Assembly: GCA_036479435.1 (NCBI GenBank)
Contig: JAZGFI010000288.1
Location: 9,498 to 73,497 of the forward strand
DNA from: Planctomycetota bacterium
GTDB taxonomy: Bacteria; Planctomycetota; GCA-002687715; DRQF01
Direction of reading: 5' to 3'
DNA length: 64,000 nucleotides
A program made the position numbers and the translations under genes. Numbering within the stretch: position 1 is the stretch's first letter; the number at the start of each line of letters is the position of its first letter. Positions 40,459-51,390 of the stretch are shown here, piece by piece. Under the pieces are notes generated by a model. The model saw only the letters and a list, made by a program, of their open reading frames with translations, made no database searches and had not been told where the DNA came from.

Positions 40459-41289
40459 TTGCCGCGCCCCTCGTCATCTGGCTCAGGTGTGGCCGAAGTC
40501 ACGACGACGGCGCTCTTACTGCGGCGCTACGATTTTGGCGAAACGAGCCAGATCGGGCATTTGCTCGGCGCGGCCGAAGGCCGGGTATCCGTTCTCGCCA
40601 AGGGCATCAAAAAACCCAACCCGCGCCTGAAGGGCCCGTTTGACCTCTTTCAGTGGGCGCGTGTCCGCTACCGCCGTCGCGCCGGCAGTGACCTGGCACT
40701 CTTGACTTTCTACGAACCTCTCACCGGTTTTCGCGGCCTGCGCAGCCGCCTGGATCGCTTTTATGCCGCGGCTTATTTGTGCGAGCTCGTTTACGAGTTG
40801 GCTCCTGAGCGCCACTCCCAGCCAGATTTGTTGCGCGCAGCTCTCGCCGGGCTCAAGGCCCTCGCAGGGGTGCCGCGAGGTCGCAGCTCTTCGGTCCTCG
40901 TGGCCAGCGAGCTTCAGATCTTGGAAGCCACGGGCTTTCGACCCGATCTCGACCGTTGCGTCGGCTGCGGCCGGCCCTTGCGGGCCGAATCCACACGCTT
41001 TTCGCCCCGTTTAGGCGGGTTTTTGGGAGAGGAGTGCCCGACCCAGGGCTCGTCGCTGCAATTTTGTTCGGCCGGCAGCCGGGCCGCGCTCGCGGCTCTG
41101 TGGCGTGCCGGGCCGGCCTCCGCCGCTTCACTTCGCCTCGATCGTCGCCAGGAGTCGGAACTCAGGAGCTTGTTTCGCGAGCACGGACGCGAAATCCTAG
41201 AGAGACCTCTTCGCAGCGAGCCTTTCGTCACTGACGTCCGATACGGTTTTCCTCGGTTAGGAACGTGCGCGTCCAAGCTCGGGCCCTGA
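40459..41289 (+). CDS. recO: DNA repair protein RecO
   Basis: ALLLRRYDFGETSQI, GRVSVLAKG and GFRPDLDRCVGCG. Confidence 0.9.
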   Translation: MPRPSSSGSGVAEVTTTALLLRRYDFGETSQIGHLLGAAEGRVSVLAKGIKKPNPRLKGPFDLFQWARVRYRRRAGSDLALLTFYEPLTGFRGLRSRLDRFYAAAYLCELVYELAPERHSQPDLLRAALAGLKALAGVPRGRSSSVLVASELQILEATGFRPDLDRCVGCGRPLRAESTRFSPRLGGFLGEECPTQGSSLQFCSAGSRAALAALWRAGPASAASLRLDRRQESELRSLFREHGREILERPLRSEPFVTDVRYGFPRLGTCASKLGP

Positions 41290-41373
41290 CCGCGCAAGTG
41301 GCCGCGATTGGTGCCGGCGGTGGTTGGGATGGCTTCCCTGTGGTTATCATGGGCTCAGCAACCCGAGGTCAAC

Positions 41374-42519
41374 ATGAACCGAATTTCGATCGCTTTCTTG
41401 ATTCTCTTGTCCGTCGCGTCGATGACGAGCTGTAGCAGCTTCGGTCGCAAGCTGAATCAGTCTTTGCCGGACTTTCTTCGGTCCAACCCGGGCGAAGACG
41501 AAGTCTTGCGCTACCAGGAGCGGGTTCGCGTCCTGAATCGCAACGAGGCCGATTTGGAAGCCGTTGATAAGGCTTACGAAGCCGCTCAGGCGCTCGAAAA
41601 GGAAGAAGAGTGGGGCGACGCCGCCGAAGCCTACGAGGAGTTCATCAAGAATTTCCCCGACACGCGCCACGACGAAGAGGCACATTTTCGGCTGGTCATG
41701 GCTCACCGCAGGGACGAAGAGGAGTTTGAGTCCTCCCAAGCGCTCAAGAAGTTTCTAAAGCGGTATCCGATTTCTCGACACAACAAAGAGGTCGAGAAAC
41801 TCAGCTACGACATGGCGACCGAGTACGTCAACGGCGATCACGATGGATTCTTGTTCGGCAACCGCAACAATGGCGTGGAACTTTTTCGTGAGCAGGTCCT
41901 AAACTTTCCGAACGGTGTCTACGCTCCCGACGCCTACTGGCGTCTCGGTAATCACTACTACGACAACGACGAGTACTTCGAGGCCGCAGCGGCCTACGAC
42001 ACTCTCTTGGAACGCTACGGCGATTCGCAGTGGGCCAGTCGCGCGCTCTACAACCGCGCCCTGACGCGGATGACGCAGATAAAGGGCATTGACTACGACC
42101 AACAGGTCATGGAGCAAGCGGTCGACGACTTTAAGTCCTACCTCCGTAAATATCCCGAAGCTGATCGTCGCGAAGATGCTGCGGTTTATATCGAACAGAT
42201 TGAGAACATGATCTGCGAAAAGCAGATCTCAATCGCGAACTGGTACGACGGCAGAGGCTACCCCGGTGCCGCGCGCTACTACCTCGTCAAGGCGAAGCGA
42301 GACTGGGGCCACACTGAGGCTTCTGCGGCCATCGACGGGCAGCTCGCATCCTTGCCCGACGACGAGGGGATCGAAGTCATCTTGTCGCGCGATTTGCCCA
42401 CGCCGCCGTCAACGAGCCAGCCCAGCCTTGATTCCGACGGCATGGAGGACATCCGCGACGAGGTTCCCGGCCCGGTGCTGCTGCCTTCGGCGTCACAACC
42501 CGCGAGCGGGACTCCTTGA
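41374..42519 (+). CDS. bamD: outer membrane protein assembly factor BamD-like lipoprotein
   Basis: Lipobox MTSC, TPR repeats with YP/FP turns and C-terminal EKQISIANWY...AARYY. Sits between recO and lptE. Confidence 0.8.
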   Translation: MNRISIAFLILLSVASMTSCSSFGRKLNQSLPDFLRSNPGEDEVLRYQERVRVLNRNEADLEAVDKAYEAAQALEKEEEWGDAAEAYEEFIKNFPDTRHDEEAHFRLVMAHRRDEEEFESSQALKKFLKRYPISRHNKEVEKLSYDMATEYVNGDHDGFLFGNRNNGVELFREQVLNFPNGVYAPDAYWRLGNHYYDNDEYFEAAAAYDTLLERYGDSQWASRALYNRALTRMTQIKGIDYDQQVMEQAVDDFKSYLRKYPEADRREDAAVYIEQIENMICEKQISIANWYDGRGYPGAARYYLVKAKRDWGHTEASAAIDGQLASLPDDEGIEVILSRDLPTPPSTSQPSLDSDGMEDIRDEVPGPVLLPSASQPASGTP

Positions 42520-43052
42520 AGCGCTCCTACTTTTCGGCGCTCTTGATTCTTGTCGTTGGCAGCACGGTGGGCTGCGGCTACAGCTCAAAGTCCCTTTTGC
42601 CTGCGGGCGCGACGTCGATTGCGATCGAAATTTTCGAAAACGACACGTTTTATCGTGAGATCGAGTTCGACTTGACGCGCGAGATCGCCAGTGAGTTCCG
42701 GCGCCGCACCCACTATTCGATCGCCTCTCGTAGCCGAGCGGACCTCATCATGACGGGCCGGATTGTTGATGTTCGCCGTCCCACTCTCGTGGAGAGCGAC
42801 AACGATTTTGTCAGCGAGCAAGGGGTGATTGTCAGCGCCGAAGTCGTTCTGACCGATCCCCGCACGGGGCTCATCGTCGAGACTTTTAGAGCATCCCGCC
42901 GCACCGAGTTTGTCGTAGAACGGGGCGAAAACCTGAACTCTGCCTTTGCGGAGGTGGTCGAGGAACTGGCTGAGCGCATCGTCGATCTACTGGAAAGCGG
43001 AAGTTTTCGCGAATCTCTCCAAGGTCTCCGGGCCGGAGACGAGAATTCCTGA
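42516..43052 (+). CDS. lptE: LptE-family lipoprotein
   Basis: Lipobox VGCGY, SIAIEIFENDT, ADLIMTGRI and ELAERIV. Confidence 0.8.
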   Translation: MKRSYFSALLILVVGSTVGCGYSSKSLLPAGATSIAIEIFENDTFYREIEFDLTREIASEFRRRTHYSIASRSRADLIMTGRIVDVRRPTLVESDNDFVSEQGVIVSAEVVLTDPRTGLIVETFRASRRTEFVVERGENLNSAFAEVVEELAERIVDLLESGSFRESLQGLRAGDENS

Positions 43053-43311
43053 TAATAGAACCCGCGGATCGGAAGATTCCGCGTACCAATGGCTTAGGTG
43101 TCGAACGACCCGCGCAAAGCGCTCCCATAGCGGAGCCATGTGGGCCTTTCCCGTCGCCTTGTGTCATTTTGGAGATCCGACGAGATACGTGTCCGGCGCG
43201 ATCTAGTCGATGACTGAATAGAAATGCGCTTTTCCTAGTCAAGCACCAGATGGTGCCGCGCTAGACAAAGCTAAATGGCGCCTCAGGGAATGCGGTGCAA
43301 GGGAGACGGGA

Positions 43312-45741
43312 ATGACTGATTCGAGCCAACAAGACCCCAAAGATCCGCGTCGCGACGAGGGATCAGGGGGTGAAGACCGTCCCCGCAAGGGCCGGAGCTA
43401 CACCGGCTATATCCTCGTCGCCTTGATCTTGATTATCACCTATCTCGTTATCCAGAATTCCATCGGCAAGCCCAAGACGATTACCTTGCCGAACTTCTTC
43501 AACCTGCTGCTAAGAGGGCGCGTTGAAGGCGTCACGATCGAAAAGAACACCCTCGCCGTCAAGCTCACCGAGAGCGACGCGAAGTCCGGCAAGGCCGCGC
43601 GCGTCAACGTCCCCGAGAGTTTCATCTCGCAGCACGCGCTCGACCTCGAAGAGATGGCCGAAATGGGCCGCGAAGCCGCCGGTCGCGACGAAAAGGGCGT
43701 CGACGAACTCTACATTCTGTTTGGCCGCGCTCTGGCCAAGGGATCTGAGCCGAACTTTTTGGTTTACAAGCGTTACGTTCTGAGCATCGGCGGGAAAAAC
43801 AGCTTACTCGTCAAGATGAGTCGACCCCCTCTGAATGACCTGACGGACTCCACTGCTGGCGGCATCGACGATGTCGAACACACGGGGCTCACGGATTCCT
43901 TTCTGCTTGAGCCGAAGAGCGTCGTCGGCAACGGCGAGAGCTACAATTTGACTTTCAACGATCTGTTGAAGGTCACCAATACGAGCGCCTTCAACTTAGC
44001 GCATGGTCTGCCTTCTCCGACAGAGGTGACCGTGCCCGTCGTGGTGGGCAAAAAAGGCACCTTCTCTTGGGCTGAGGGCGATGAGCTGTGGCAAAAGCTG
44101 CTCGTGTCCTTGATTCCATGGGTTCTCATTATCGCGTTCTTGTGGTTCTTCGTGTTCCGCCAGATGCGGGGCGGTGGAGTTGGCGGCAACGTCCTTTCCT
44201 TTGGCAAAAGCCGAGCCAAGATCGCCAATCGCGAGACCAGCAAGGTGACTTTTGCGGATGTCGCGGGCATCGACGAGGCCAAGGCCGAAGTCGAGGAGAT
44301 CGTGGAGTTCCTTAAGAACCCTCAGCGCTTCGCGAGGCTTGGGGGCCGAACGCCACGCGGTGTGCTTCTCGCCGGTTCACCGGGAACGGGCAAGACCCTG
44401 TTGGCGAAGGCCATCGCGGGCGAAGCCGAAGTCCCCTTCTACAGCATCTCCGGCTCGGACTTTGTGGAGATGTTCGTCGGAGTTGGCGCTTCGCGAGTGC
44501 GCGACCTCTTCAAGCAGGCGCGTGAGAACTCGCCCTGCATTGTCTTCCTCGACGAGATCGACGCCGTTGGTCGGCGCCGGGGCGCGGGCCTTGGCGGCGG
44601 TCACGACGAACGCGAGCAAACGCTGAATGCCATCTTGGTTGAAATGGACGGATTCGACACTGACACGGGCATCATCGTCGTGGCAGCGACGAACCGAGTG
44701 GATGTCCTGGACCCGGCGCTGTTGCGCCCGGGACGTTTCGATCGCCAGATCAACGTCTCCCTGCCCGACGTGCGTGGCCGTGAGGCAATCCTCGGCGTCC
44801 ACGTGAAGGGTGTAAAAATGCACCCCAGCGTGAATCTAGAAAAGATCGCGCGCGGCACTCCCGGTTTTAGCGGGGCGGAGCTTGAAGCTCTCGTCAACGA
44901 ATCGGCGATTCTCGCCACGATGGCCAAAAAAGACTACGTCTACGAAGAGGATCTCGAAGAGGCGCGGGACCGCATTCGTTGGGGCCGTGCCAAGCGCAGC
45001 CGCATCATGGATGAGGCCGACCAAAAAATTACGGCCTACCACGAAGCGGGCCACACGATTGCCTCTTGGCTGCTGCCGGACGCAGATCCACTGCACAAAG
45101 TCACGATCATCCCGCGTGGCCCTTCGCTCGGCGCCACGATGTATTTGCCCGACAAAGACCGCTACAGCATGACGAAGGGGCAGATGGAGACTTTCCTGAA
45201 GATCTGCTTTGGGGGTCGACTCGCCGAAGAGCTCTTTTGTGGTGACATCACCTCCGGAGCTGCCAACGACATCAAGCAAGCGACGGATTTGGCGCGCCGC
45301 ATGGTGCAAGAGTGGGGCATGACGGACAGCGTGGGTCTGATCAGCTACGAAGTCGGTGAAGAGAACCCCTTCCTCGGTCGCGACATCGGTCGTCAACACC
45401 GCATCAGCGATGCGACGGCGGAGCGGATCGAAATTGAGGTGAGGCGAATCATCTCTGAAGCCTACGAGGCTTGTCGTGAGCTTCTCGTAAACAACAGCGA
45501 CAAGCTCGAGCTTTTGGCCGAAGCCCTGCTGGAATATGAAACACTCGACAAAGAAGAGATCGATGGACTCCTGAACGGCGAATCCATCGAAGCAGTTCGT
45601 GAGCGGGCACGGGAGGCTCAGGCCAATCTCGAACGCGAGCGCAAAGAGGCAACACGGCCCCAAGTAACGCCGCGACCGCAGCCAGACCCTGATCCCAACC
45701 CCGACTTCCCCTCCGGCCTAGCCGGTGAAGGCGCGGGCTAG
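43312..45741 (+). CDS. ftsH: ATP-dependent zinc metalloprotease FtsH
   Basis: Two TMs, Walker A GSPGTGKT, Walker [19 protein letters not shown] and HEAGH. Confidence 0.97.
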   Translation: MTDSSQQDPKDPRRDEGSGGEDRPRKGRSYTGYILVALILIITYLVIQNSIGKPKTITLPNFFNLLLRGRVEGVTIEKNTLAVKLTESDAKSGKAARVNVPESFISQHALDLEEMAEMGREAAGRDEKGVDELYILFGRALAKGSEPNFLVYKRYVLSIGGKNSLLVKMSRPPLNDLTDSTAGGIDDVEHTGLTDSFLLEPKSVVGNGESYNLTFNDLLKVTNTSAFNLAHGLPSPTEVTVPVVVGKKGTFSWAEGDELWQKLLVSLIPWVLIIAFLWFFVFRQMRGGGVGGNVLSFGKSRAKIANRETSKVTFADVAGIDEAKAEVEEIVEFLKNPQRFARLGGRTPRGVLLAGSPGTGKTLLAKAIAGEAEVPFYSISGSDFVEMFVGVGASRVRDLFKQARENSPCIVFLDEIDAVGRRRGAGLGGGHDEREQTLNAILVEMDGFDTDTGIIVVAATNRVDVLDPALLRPGRFDRQINVSLPDVRGREAILGVHVKGVKMHPSVNLEKIARGTPGFSGAELEALVNESAILATMAKKDYVYEEDLEEARDRIRWGRAKRSRIMDEADQKITAYHEAGHTIASWLLPDADPLHKVTIIPRGPSLGATMYLPDKDRYSMTKGQMETFLKICFGGRLAEELFCGDITSGAANDIKQATDLARRMVQEWGMTDSVGLISYEVGEENPFLGRDIGRQHRISDATAERIEIEVRRIISEAYEACRELLVNNSDKLELLAEALLEYETLDKEEIDGLLNGESIEAVRERAREAQANLERERKEATRPQVTPRPQPDPDPNPDFPSGLAGEGAG

Positions 45742-45773
45742 TGGGTGGGCGCTTTGGCGACCGTTGTGACTAG

Positions 45774-46649
45774 GTGACCACCGCGCCCGCTGATCCTTGC
45801 CCTGCCCCTTTGGTCACCCGCAAGGGGACGATCGGGCTTAGCGGGCGCACGCGGATCATGGGTGTTTTGAATCTAACGCCGGATTCTTTTTCTGACGGCG
45901 ATCGCTTCGCGACGCTGGAGCAGGCGGTTGATTGCGCGCTCCGCATGGAAGATGTGGGTGCCGACTTCATTGATATCGGCGGATTCTCGTCGCGCCCTGG
46001 CGCCGCGGACGTTTCCGAAGATGAAGAGCTGCGGCGAGTCCTCCCCGTGATCAGCGCCCTCGCGGCCCGACTGAGCTGTCCGATATCCGTGGACACCTTT
46101 CGGGCGCGCGTGTTCGCGGAGTGCTTCGAATCCGGTGCCGCCATGTTGAATGACATCAGCGCTTTTCGCGGTGACGAGGCGATGCTCGAGACTTTGGCGA
46201 AAACCCAAGCCCCCGCGTGCTTGATGCACATGCAGGGCGATCCGCAGTCGATGCAGGAGCGTCCGCACTACGAAGATGTCGTGGCCGAAGTCACCGCCTT
46301 CTTCCAGGAGCGACTTGCGAGCGCCGCCGCCGCCGGCGTATCCGCAGATCGATTGCTTTTGGATCCTGGGATTGGCTTCGGCAAGACTCTTGAGCACAAT
46401 TTATTGCTGCTTCGCGCGGTGCCGGATTTTGCGGCCTTGGGATGCGGATTACTTTACGGCACGTCGCGAAAGAGCTTTCTTGGAAAGATCCTTGGACGTC
46501 CTGATCCCCGCGAGCGAGAATGGGCCACCGCGGCGACCACCGCTTACTTGTTCGCGGCAGGGGTTCATGTGCTCAGGGTGCATGATGTCGCAGCAAATAT
46601 CGATGTGTTAAATGTTGTCAAGATGATTCATGGAAAGGACTTAGGATGA
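45774..46649 (+). CDS. folP: dihydropteroate synthase
   Basis: IMGVLNLTPDSFSDG, DIGGFSSRPG, LMHMQG, LDPGIGFGK, SRKSF and RVHDV. Confidence 0.96.
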   Translation: MTTAPADPCPAPLVTRKGTIGLSGRTRIMGVLNLTPDSFSDGDRFATLEQAVDCALRMEDVGADFIDIGGFSSRPGAADVSEDEELRRVLPVISALAARLSCPISVDTFRARVFAECFESGAAMLNDISAFRGDEAMLETLAKTQAPACLMHMQGDPQSMQERPHYEDVVAEVTAFFQERLASAAAAGVSADRLLLDPGIGFGKTLEHNLLLLRAVPDFAALGCGLLYGTSRKSFLGKILGRPDPREREWATAATTAYLFAAGVHVLRVHDVAANIDVLNVVKMIHGKDLG

Positions 46650-47548
46650 TCTTACACTACGCAAAGCTACTCTTTGAAGTCCTTCTCGTGGCCCTGGTTT
46701 ACTACGGATTCATCCGGCATTTGCAGCGCACGCGCGGCGGGGGATTGCTCGCGGGCTTCATCGTATTGCTGCTCATGACGATCGGGGGCTTTGCGCTCGT
46801 GATCGGCCTGCTCGAATTACCGCACCTCCAAAAACTCGCCGACGCCGCCTTACCCGCGCTTTCGATCGCGCTTCTGATCATTTTTCAACCGGAATTGCGT
46901 TTGGCGATCTCGCGCCTGGGGAGCATCAAGCCGCTCCGCATCATGCAGCGCTTTTTCGGTTCCGCAACGCCGCACCATACGTCGCGCGTCGTCGATGCCA
47001 TCTTGAATGCCTGCGAGCGCCTTTCGAGAGGCCACACCGGAGCCCTCATCGTGGTGCAGCGCATCGAGGGAATCGAGGGTTTTGCGGTGGGAGGGTGTAA
47101 GCTTGATGCCGAGGTGACGAGCCGGCTGTTGGAGACGATCTTTTTCGACGGCACATCGCTCCACGACGGCGCCGTGATGATCATTGACGGACGCTGCATG
47201 TTTGCCGGTTGCAAACTTCCAGTGTCGGCCTCGAACGCTCAGGTGCGTCAGCGTCGTTTGGGCACGCGGCACTCCGCCGCTCTTGGCATCTCCGAAGAAT
47301 CCGATGCTCTCGTCATTGTGGTGTCCGAGGAGTCAGGGCGCATCTCGATTGCGAAACAGGGAAAGATTGAGATCGGCGTCAGCCTCGATGATCTCCGCCA
47401 CGAGATTAGCGAAGGCCTTGAGACGCAATTCAAGCGCCCGAATACGGAACCCAGTCAGAAGATGGATCACGCCGAGTTGCAACCGGCTTTGGCCAACGAG
47501 GGCGAAGCTGACATCAGCCTTGAGTCCAGGGATGAGGACGTGGCCTGA
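46646..47548 (+). CDS. cdaA: diadenylate cyclase, CdaA/DacA type
   Basis: Three N-terminal TMs, IIFQPELR, GALIV, LHDGAVMI, GTRHSAALGISE and VSEESG. Confidence 0.9.
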   Translation: MILHYAKLLFEVLLVALVYYGFIRHLQRTRGGGLLAGFIVLLLMTIGGFALVIGLLELPHLQKLADAALPALSIALLIIFQPELRLAISRLGSIKPLRIMQRFFGSATPHHTSRVVDAILNACERLSRGHTGALIVVQRIEGIEGFAVGGCKLDAEVTSRLLETIFFDGTSLHDGAVMIIDGRCMFAGCKLPVSASNAQVRQRRLGTRHSAALGISEESDALVIVVSEESGRISIAKQGKIEIGVSLDDLRHEISEGLETQFKRPNTEPSQKMDHAELQPALANEGEADISLESRDEDVA

Positions 47549-48744
47549 TGAGCTTCTTAAGATCGCTGTTCACCGCGAACTTGCTGGCGAAGTTTTTCTC
47601 CTTCGCTGGCCTGATAAAGTTCTTTAGATCGCTCTTCACCGAGCACCTGTTGGCGAAGTTCTTCGCCCTCGTGTTTGCCGCCGCGACGATCTACCTCGTC
47701 GACCGTGAGCTGCGGATCGAATGGTACGACGTCTCGATGGACATCGTAACCGGCGATGAGTCACGCGAGGGGAGCAGCCCCTATGTTGTTCTGCGGACGG
47801 CTCCCAATATTTGGGTCCACCCGGACGATCTTGAAAAGACGATTCGCCTGACGATTGAAGGGCCGGAGAAAAACCTTGCCGTTTTCCGACGGAATCCCGC
47901 AGTCCAGTTGAATATCCTCGACAGTTGGGCGAAGAAAGGTGGCAGCGGTGAGACCAAGCATGTTCTCGTCGACGCCGACTTCAGCCTGCCTCGCTTTCCC
48001 GGGGTTGAGATAAGTGTCGAATCGGATGTGGTTATCCGAGTGGATCGCTTCGTCGAAGTTGAGAATGTTCGCGTCGAATACGCGCAAACTCCAAAACTCC
48101 TTTCGGTTGGGATTCTATTCGACCCTAGTCTTACGAAGATCGAACCATCGCACCTTAGTGTTCGAGGGCCAAGACAATACGTCAGCGGCCTTGGCGGCGA
48201 ACTCGGCGCAGCTCTCCCCTTGAGACTCGCCTTGGGTGACAAGGCTCAATACCGTCCCGGTTCTAGCTACGACGCACTACCGGCGGATGGATTTAGCCGG
48301 AACCAAGTGACCTTTTCGAATCGCGATTTCGTGAAAGTTACCCTCGGCGCACGAACCGATGAGATCGTTTCTTTGGTGCTCGGCGCTTTTGATGTGACCT
48401 TGGCCCTCGACTATCCGAGCTACGAAGCGATTCAGGACAAGAAAGTGCTATTGGCGATCGAGGCGCAGTTGTCGCAAAAAGTCAAAGTGACACTCGAAGG
48501 GCCAAAGTCTCGCGTGAGCCCCTACCAAAGTTTGGAAGCCCAGAAGCGGTTGAGGAAGCGACTGCGTGTCATCGTAGATCCGACTTCTTTCGTCAATGAC
48601 GTCGCCGGTGGTTTGACCCCGCCAACGCAACTCGACGTGCGACTTATCGCCATTGATGGCCTTCTTCCGGAAGGGCTGAGGGTCAAGGAACTCGATCCCA
48701 ATCCGATTTCGATCACGATCAAAAAACAGACGACACAACACTAG
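47548..48744 (+). CDS. CdaR/YbbR-like membrane-anchored regulator
   Basis: Position between cdaA and glmM, an N-terminal TM and repeated V/IxIxGP motifs (LTIEGP, LSVRGP, VTLEGP). Confidence 0.65.
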   Translation: MSFLRSLFTANLLAKFFSFAGLIKFFRSLFTEHLLAKFFALVFAAATIYLVDRELRIEWYDVSMDIVTGDESREGSSPYVVLRTAPNIWVHPDDLEKTIRLTIEGPEKNLAVFRRNPAVQLNILDSWAKKGGSGETKHVLVDADFSLPRFPGVEISVESDVVIRVDRFVEVENVRVEYAQTPKLLSVGILFDPSLTKIEPSHLSVRGPRQYVSGLGGELGAALPLRLALGDKAQYRPGSSYDALPADGFSRNQVTFSNRDFVKVTLGARTDEIVSLVLGAFDVTLALDYPSYEAIQDKKVLLAIEAQLSQKVKVTLEGPKSRVSPYQSLEAQKRLRKRLRVIVDPTSFVNDVAGGLTPPTQLDVRLIAIDGLLPEGLRVKELDPNPISITIKKQTTQH

Positions 48745-48758
48745 CGAGTCATCAAGCC

Positions 48759-50126
48759 GTGCATCAACGACGTTACTTTGGAACTGACGGCATTCGCGAT
48801 CTTGCGAATGCCGGAAATCTCACTCCGGACAAAGTTCTACAGATCGGCCATGCCATGGGCCGCCTTGTCAGGGAGAAGTGTCCAGGGCCCTCAAAGCCGA
48901 TCGTCGGCATGGTCCGCGACACGCGCCTGTCGGGTCCGATGATCGGGCGCATCCTCTCAGGCGCTCTCATGGCCCACGGCGTCGACGTGTATGACGCGGG
49001 AATGTTGCCGACACCTGCGGTTGCCTATCTGGTGCGCCGCGAGCAATGGGAACTCGGAATCGTCATTTCGGCCTCTCACAACCCAATGCCCGACAACGGC
49101 ATCAAGCTCTTCGGTACTAACGGCCGCAAGCTATCCGATGATCTTGAACTTGAGATCGAGCGCTACATCGATCAAGCCGCGAGCCGTGATGTCTCGGTTA
49201 CCGGTGCAGACGTTGGTCGGTTGACGCCCTTTCGCGAGGGTGAACAACTCTACATGGATGCCATGTGCCAGGAGTACTTTGGTGATCTCGACCTCAACGG
49301 CATGAAGATTGTCATCGACTGCGCCAACGGGTCAGGTAGTCGTGTGGCGCCGAGGATTCTCGCGGCGCTCGGCGCGGAAGTCACTCAGGTCAATGACAAG
49401 CCGGACGGCCTTAACATCAACGACAATGCCGGCGTGTTCGCGATTGGGGCTTTGGCGCCGATCATTGCCGCCGAAGGTGCAGATCTTGGCCTCGCTCTCG
49501 ACGGCGATGGCGACCGCGTCATCATGATGGACGAAAAGGGCCGCACTCTCGACGGCGACGACATCCTCGCGATGTTGGCGCGAGGTTTTTCCGCGGACAC
49601 TCCTAAGGAAGAGCGCCAGATCGTCGCTACAGTCATGAGCAACATGGGGCTTAAGATCATGGCGGCGGAGCATGGGATTGCCTTGCATGAAACTGCTGTC
49701 GGTGACCGTTATGTCGCAGAGAAAATGCTTCAAACCAAAGCGAAGATCGGCGGCGAACAAAGTGGGCACATCATCTTCGAAGAGGATGGTGTTTGGTTCG
49801 GCGACGGCTTGTATTCGGCCTTGCGCGTCGTGAGGGCCATGAAAAAAGAAGGCATTCCCTTGTCAAAGCTCGGCGACGCGATGGAGCACTTCCCTCAAGT
49901 GCTCATTAACGTTGAGGTGAGCGAGAAACCGCCGATCTCCGAAATTCTCCCACTTCAAAATGCTCTCCGCAAATACCAACTTCAGCTTGGGGATGCGGGC
50001 CGTATCTTGGTGCGTTACTCCGGAACTGAGAAACTTGCGCGGGTCATGGTCGAGGGCCGTGAACAAGCGGAAATTCACGCGATTGCCGAGGACCTAGTTG
50101 CCGTGCTGAAGACTGAAATCGGATAG
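48759..50126 (+). CDS. glmM: phosphoglucosamine mutase
   Basis: YFGTDGIR, DTRLSG, SASHNP, DGDGDR, GGEQSGH and RYSGTE. Confidence 0.95.
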   Translation: MHQRRYFGTDGIRDLANAGNLTPDKVLQIGHAMGRLVREKCPGPSKPIVGMVRDTRLSGPMIGRILSGALMAHGVDVYDAGMLPTPAVAYLVRREQWELGIVISASHNPMPDNGIKLFGTNGRKLSDDLELEIERYIDQAASRDVSVTGADVGRLTPFREGEQLYMDAMCQEYFGDLDLNGMKIVIDCANGSGSRVAPRILAALGAEVTQVNDKPDGLNINDNAGVFAIGALAPIIAAEGADLGLALDGDGDRVIMMDEKGRTLDGDDILAMLARGFSADTPKEERQIVATVMSNMGLKIMAAEHGIALHETAVGDRYVAEKMLQTKAKIGGEQSGHIIFEEDGVWFGDGLYSALRVVRAMKKEGIPLSKLGDAMEHFPQVLINVEVSEKPPISEILPLQNALRKYQLQLGDAGRILVRYSGTEKLARVMVEGREQAEIHAIAEDLVAVLKTEIG

Positions 50127-50140
50127 GGGGCGTCTTCTTC

Positions 50141-51355
50141 ATGTCTACAAGACGTTTGGACATGCGCACCTGGGCTGAGATCGATCTTGATGTCGTCCAA
50201 CGGAACGCGGCCAGAATCCGCGAACGCCGGCCTCACCACGACTTGATTGGAGTTCTCAAGGCCGATGCCTACGGGCATGGCGCAGCAGCTCTCGCCGAAG
50301 CGGTCGTGGGAGCGGGAGCCACCATGCTCGGCGTCGGCGACTCGCGGGAGGCTCTCGAACTTATTCTGGCCGGCGTCAAAGTCCCGGTGATCATCCTCGG
50401 TGCCATTATCGACGGCGAGATGCCCGCCGTCATTCGCCACGACATTCGCACCACGATTCACTCGATGAATCGCGTCGAGCAGCTAGAGCGAGAGGCTGAC
50501 CGGCAAGAGCGCCAACATTCGGTTCACATCAAAGTTGATACGGGCATGGGGCGACTGGGGATGATGCCCGAGCGAGCGGTAGATGTCGCGCGCCGCATCG
50601 CCCAATCAAGTTCCCTCCTCCTGGAAGGTTTGTCGACTCATCTCGCCAACAGCAATTTGGATGTCACCGAAAAATCGCAGCGTCAGCTGCGGGTTTTTCA
50701 AGAAGTTCACGACGCGGTTGTCGCCGAGCTTGGTCCGATCCCGGTGGTTCACGCGATGAATACGGCCGCGGCTTGGAATCTTGATGTCGTGGACGAAGTC
50801 GGAAACGCGCTCCGCGTCGGGGCAGCGCTCTACGGGATTCCGGGCCCGACCCTCCAGCCCTATCCCTTTGAACCCGCGATGACGCTCAAAAGCCAGATCA
50901 TCTTCATGAAGGATGTCCCGGCGGGAACCTCAGTGGGCTACAACGGCACCTGGGTCGCAGAACGCCGTTCGCGCCTGGCGACGTTGCCCCTTGGTTTTAA
51001 CGACGGGCTGCCACCATCGTCGAGCGTTGACGGCTTCGTGTTGGTGCGGGGCCAACGGGCGCCGGTGCGAGGCGCGGTCTCCATGGACTACACCACCGTT
51101 GATGTCACAGACATCGAGGGTGCCGCAGTTGGCGACGAAGCTTTGGTTTTCGGGCGCGGACAGAAGAACTTGGATGCCGATGGGCCAGCTCAAGAAAGCG
51201 AATTGCCCCTGCGGGATGTGGCTGAGAGAGTCGGTTCATCGCCCTACGCGATGACTTGCGGCGTTGGCAAACGCGTGCACCGTCTGTACTTCGGTCAACG
51301 ATCTGAGAATGAGATCAAAAAGATGACTTTGGAAGAGAGTCAAGGGCACCCATAA
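50141..51355 (+). CDS. alr: alanine racemase
   Basis: VLKADAYGHG (PLP lysine), HIKVDTGMGRLG, VGYNG and SMD. Confidence 0.95.
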   Translation: MSTRRLDMRTWAEIDLDVVQRNAARIRERRPHHDLIGVLKADAYGHGAAALAEAVVGAGATMLGVGDSREALELILAGVKVPVIILGAIIDGEMPAVIRHDIRTTIHSMNRVEQLEREADRQERQHSVHIKVDTGMGRLGMMPERAVDVARRIAQSSSLLLEGLSTHLANSNLDVTEKSQRQLRVFQEVHDAVVAELGPIPVVHAMNTAAAWNLDVVDEVGNALRVGAALYGIPGPTLQPYPFEPAMTLKSQIIFMKDVPAGTSVGYNGTWVAERRSRLATLPLGFNDGLPPSSSVDGFVLVRGQRAPVRGAVSMDYTTVDVTDIEGAAVGDEALVFGRGQKNLDADGPAQESELPLRDVAERVGSSPYAMTCGVGKRVHRLYFGQRSENEIKKMTLEESQGHP

Positions 51356-51390
51356 TCGGGGCCAGAGCCTTTTGAGCCGCGGAGCTATAT

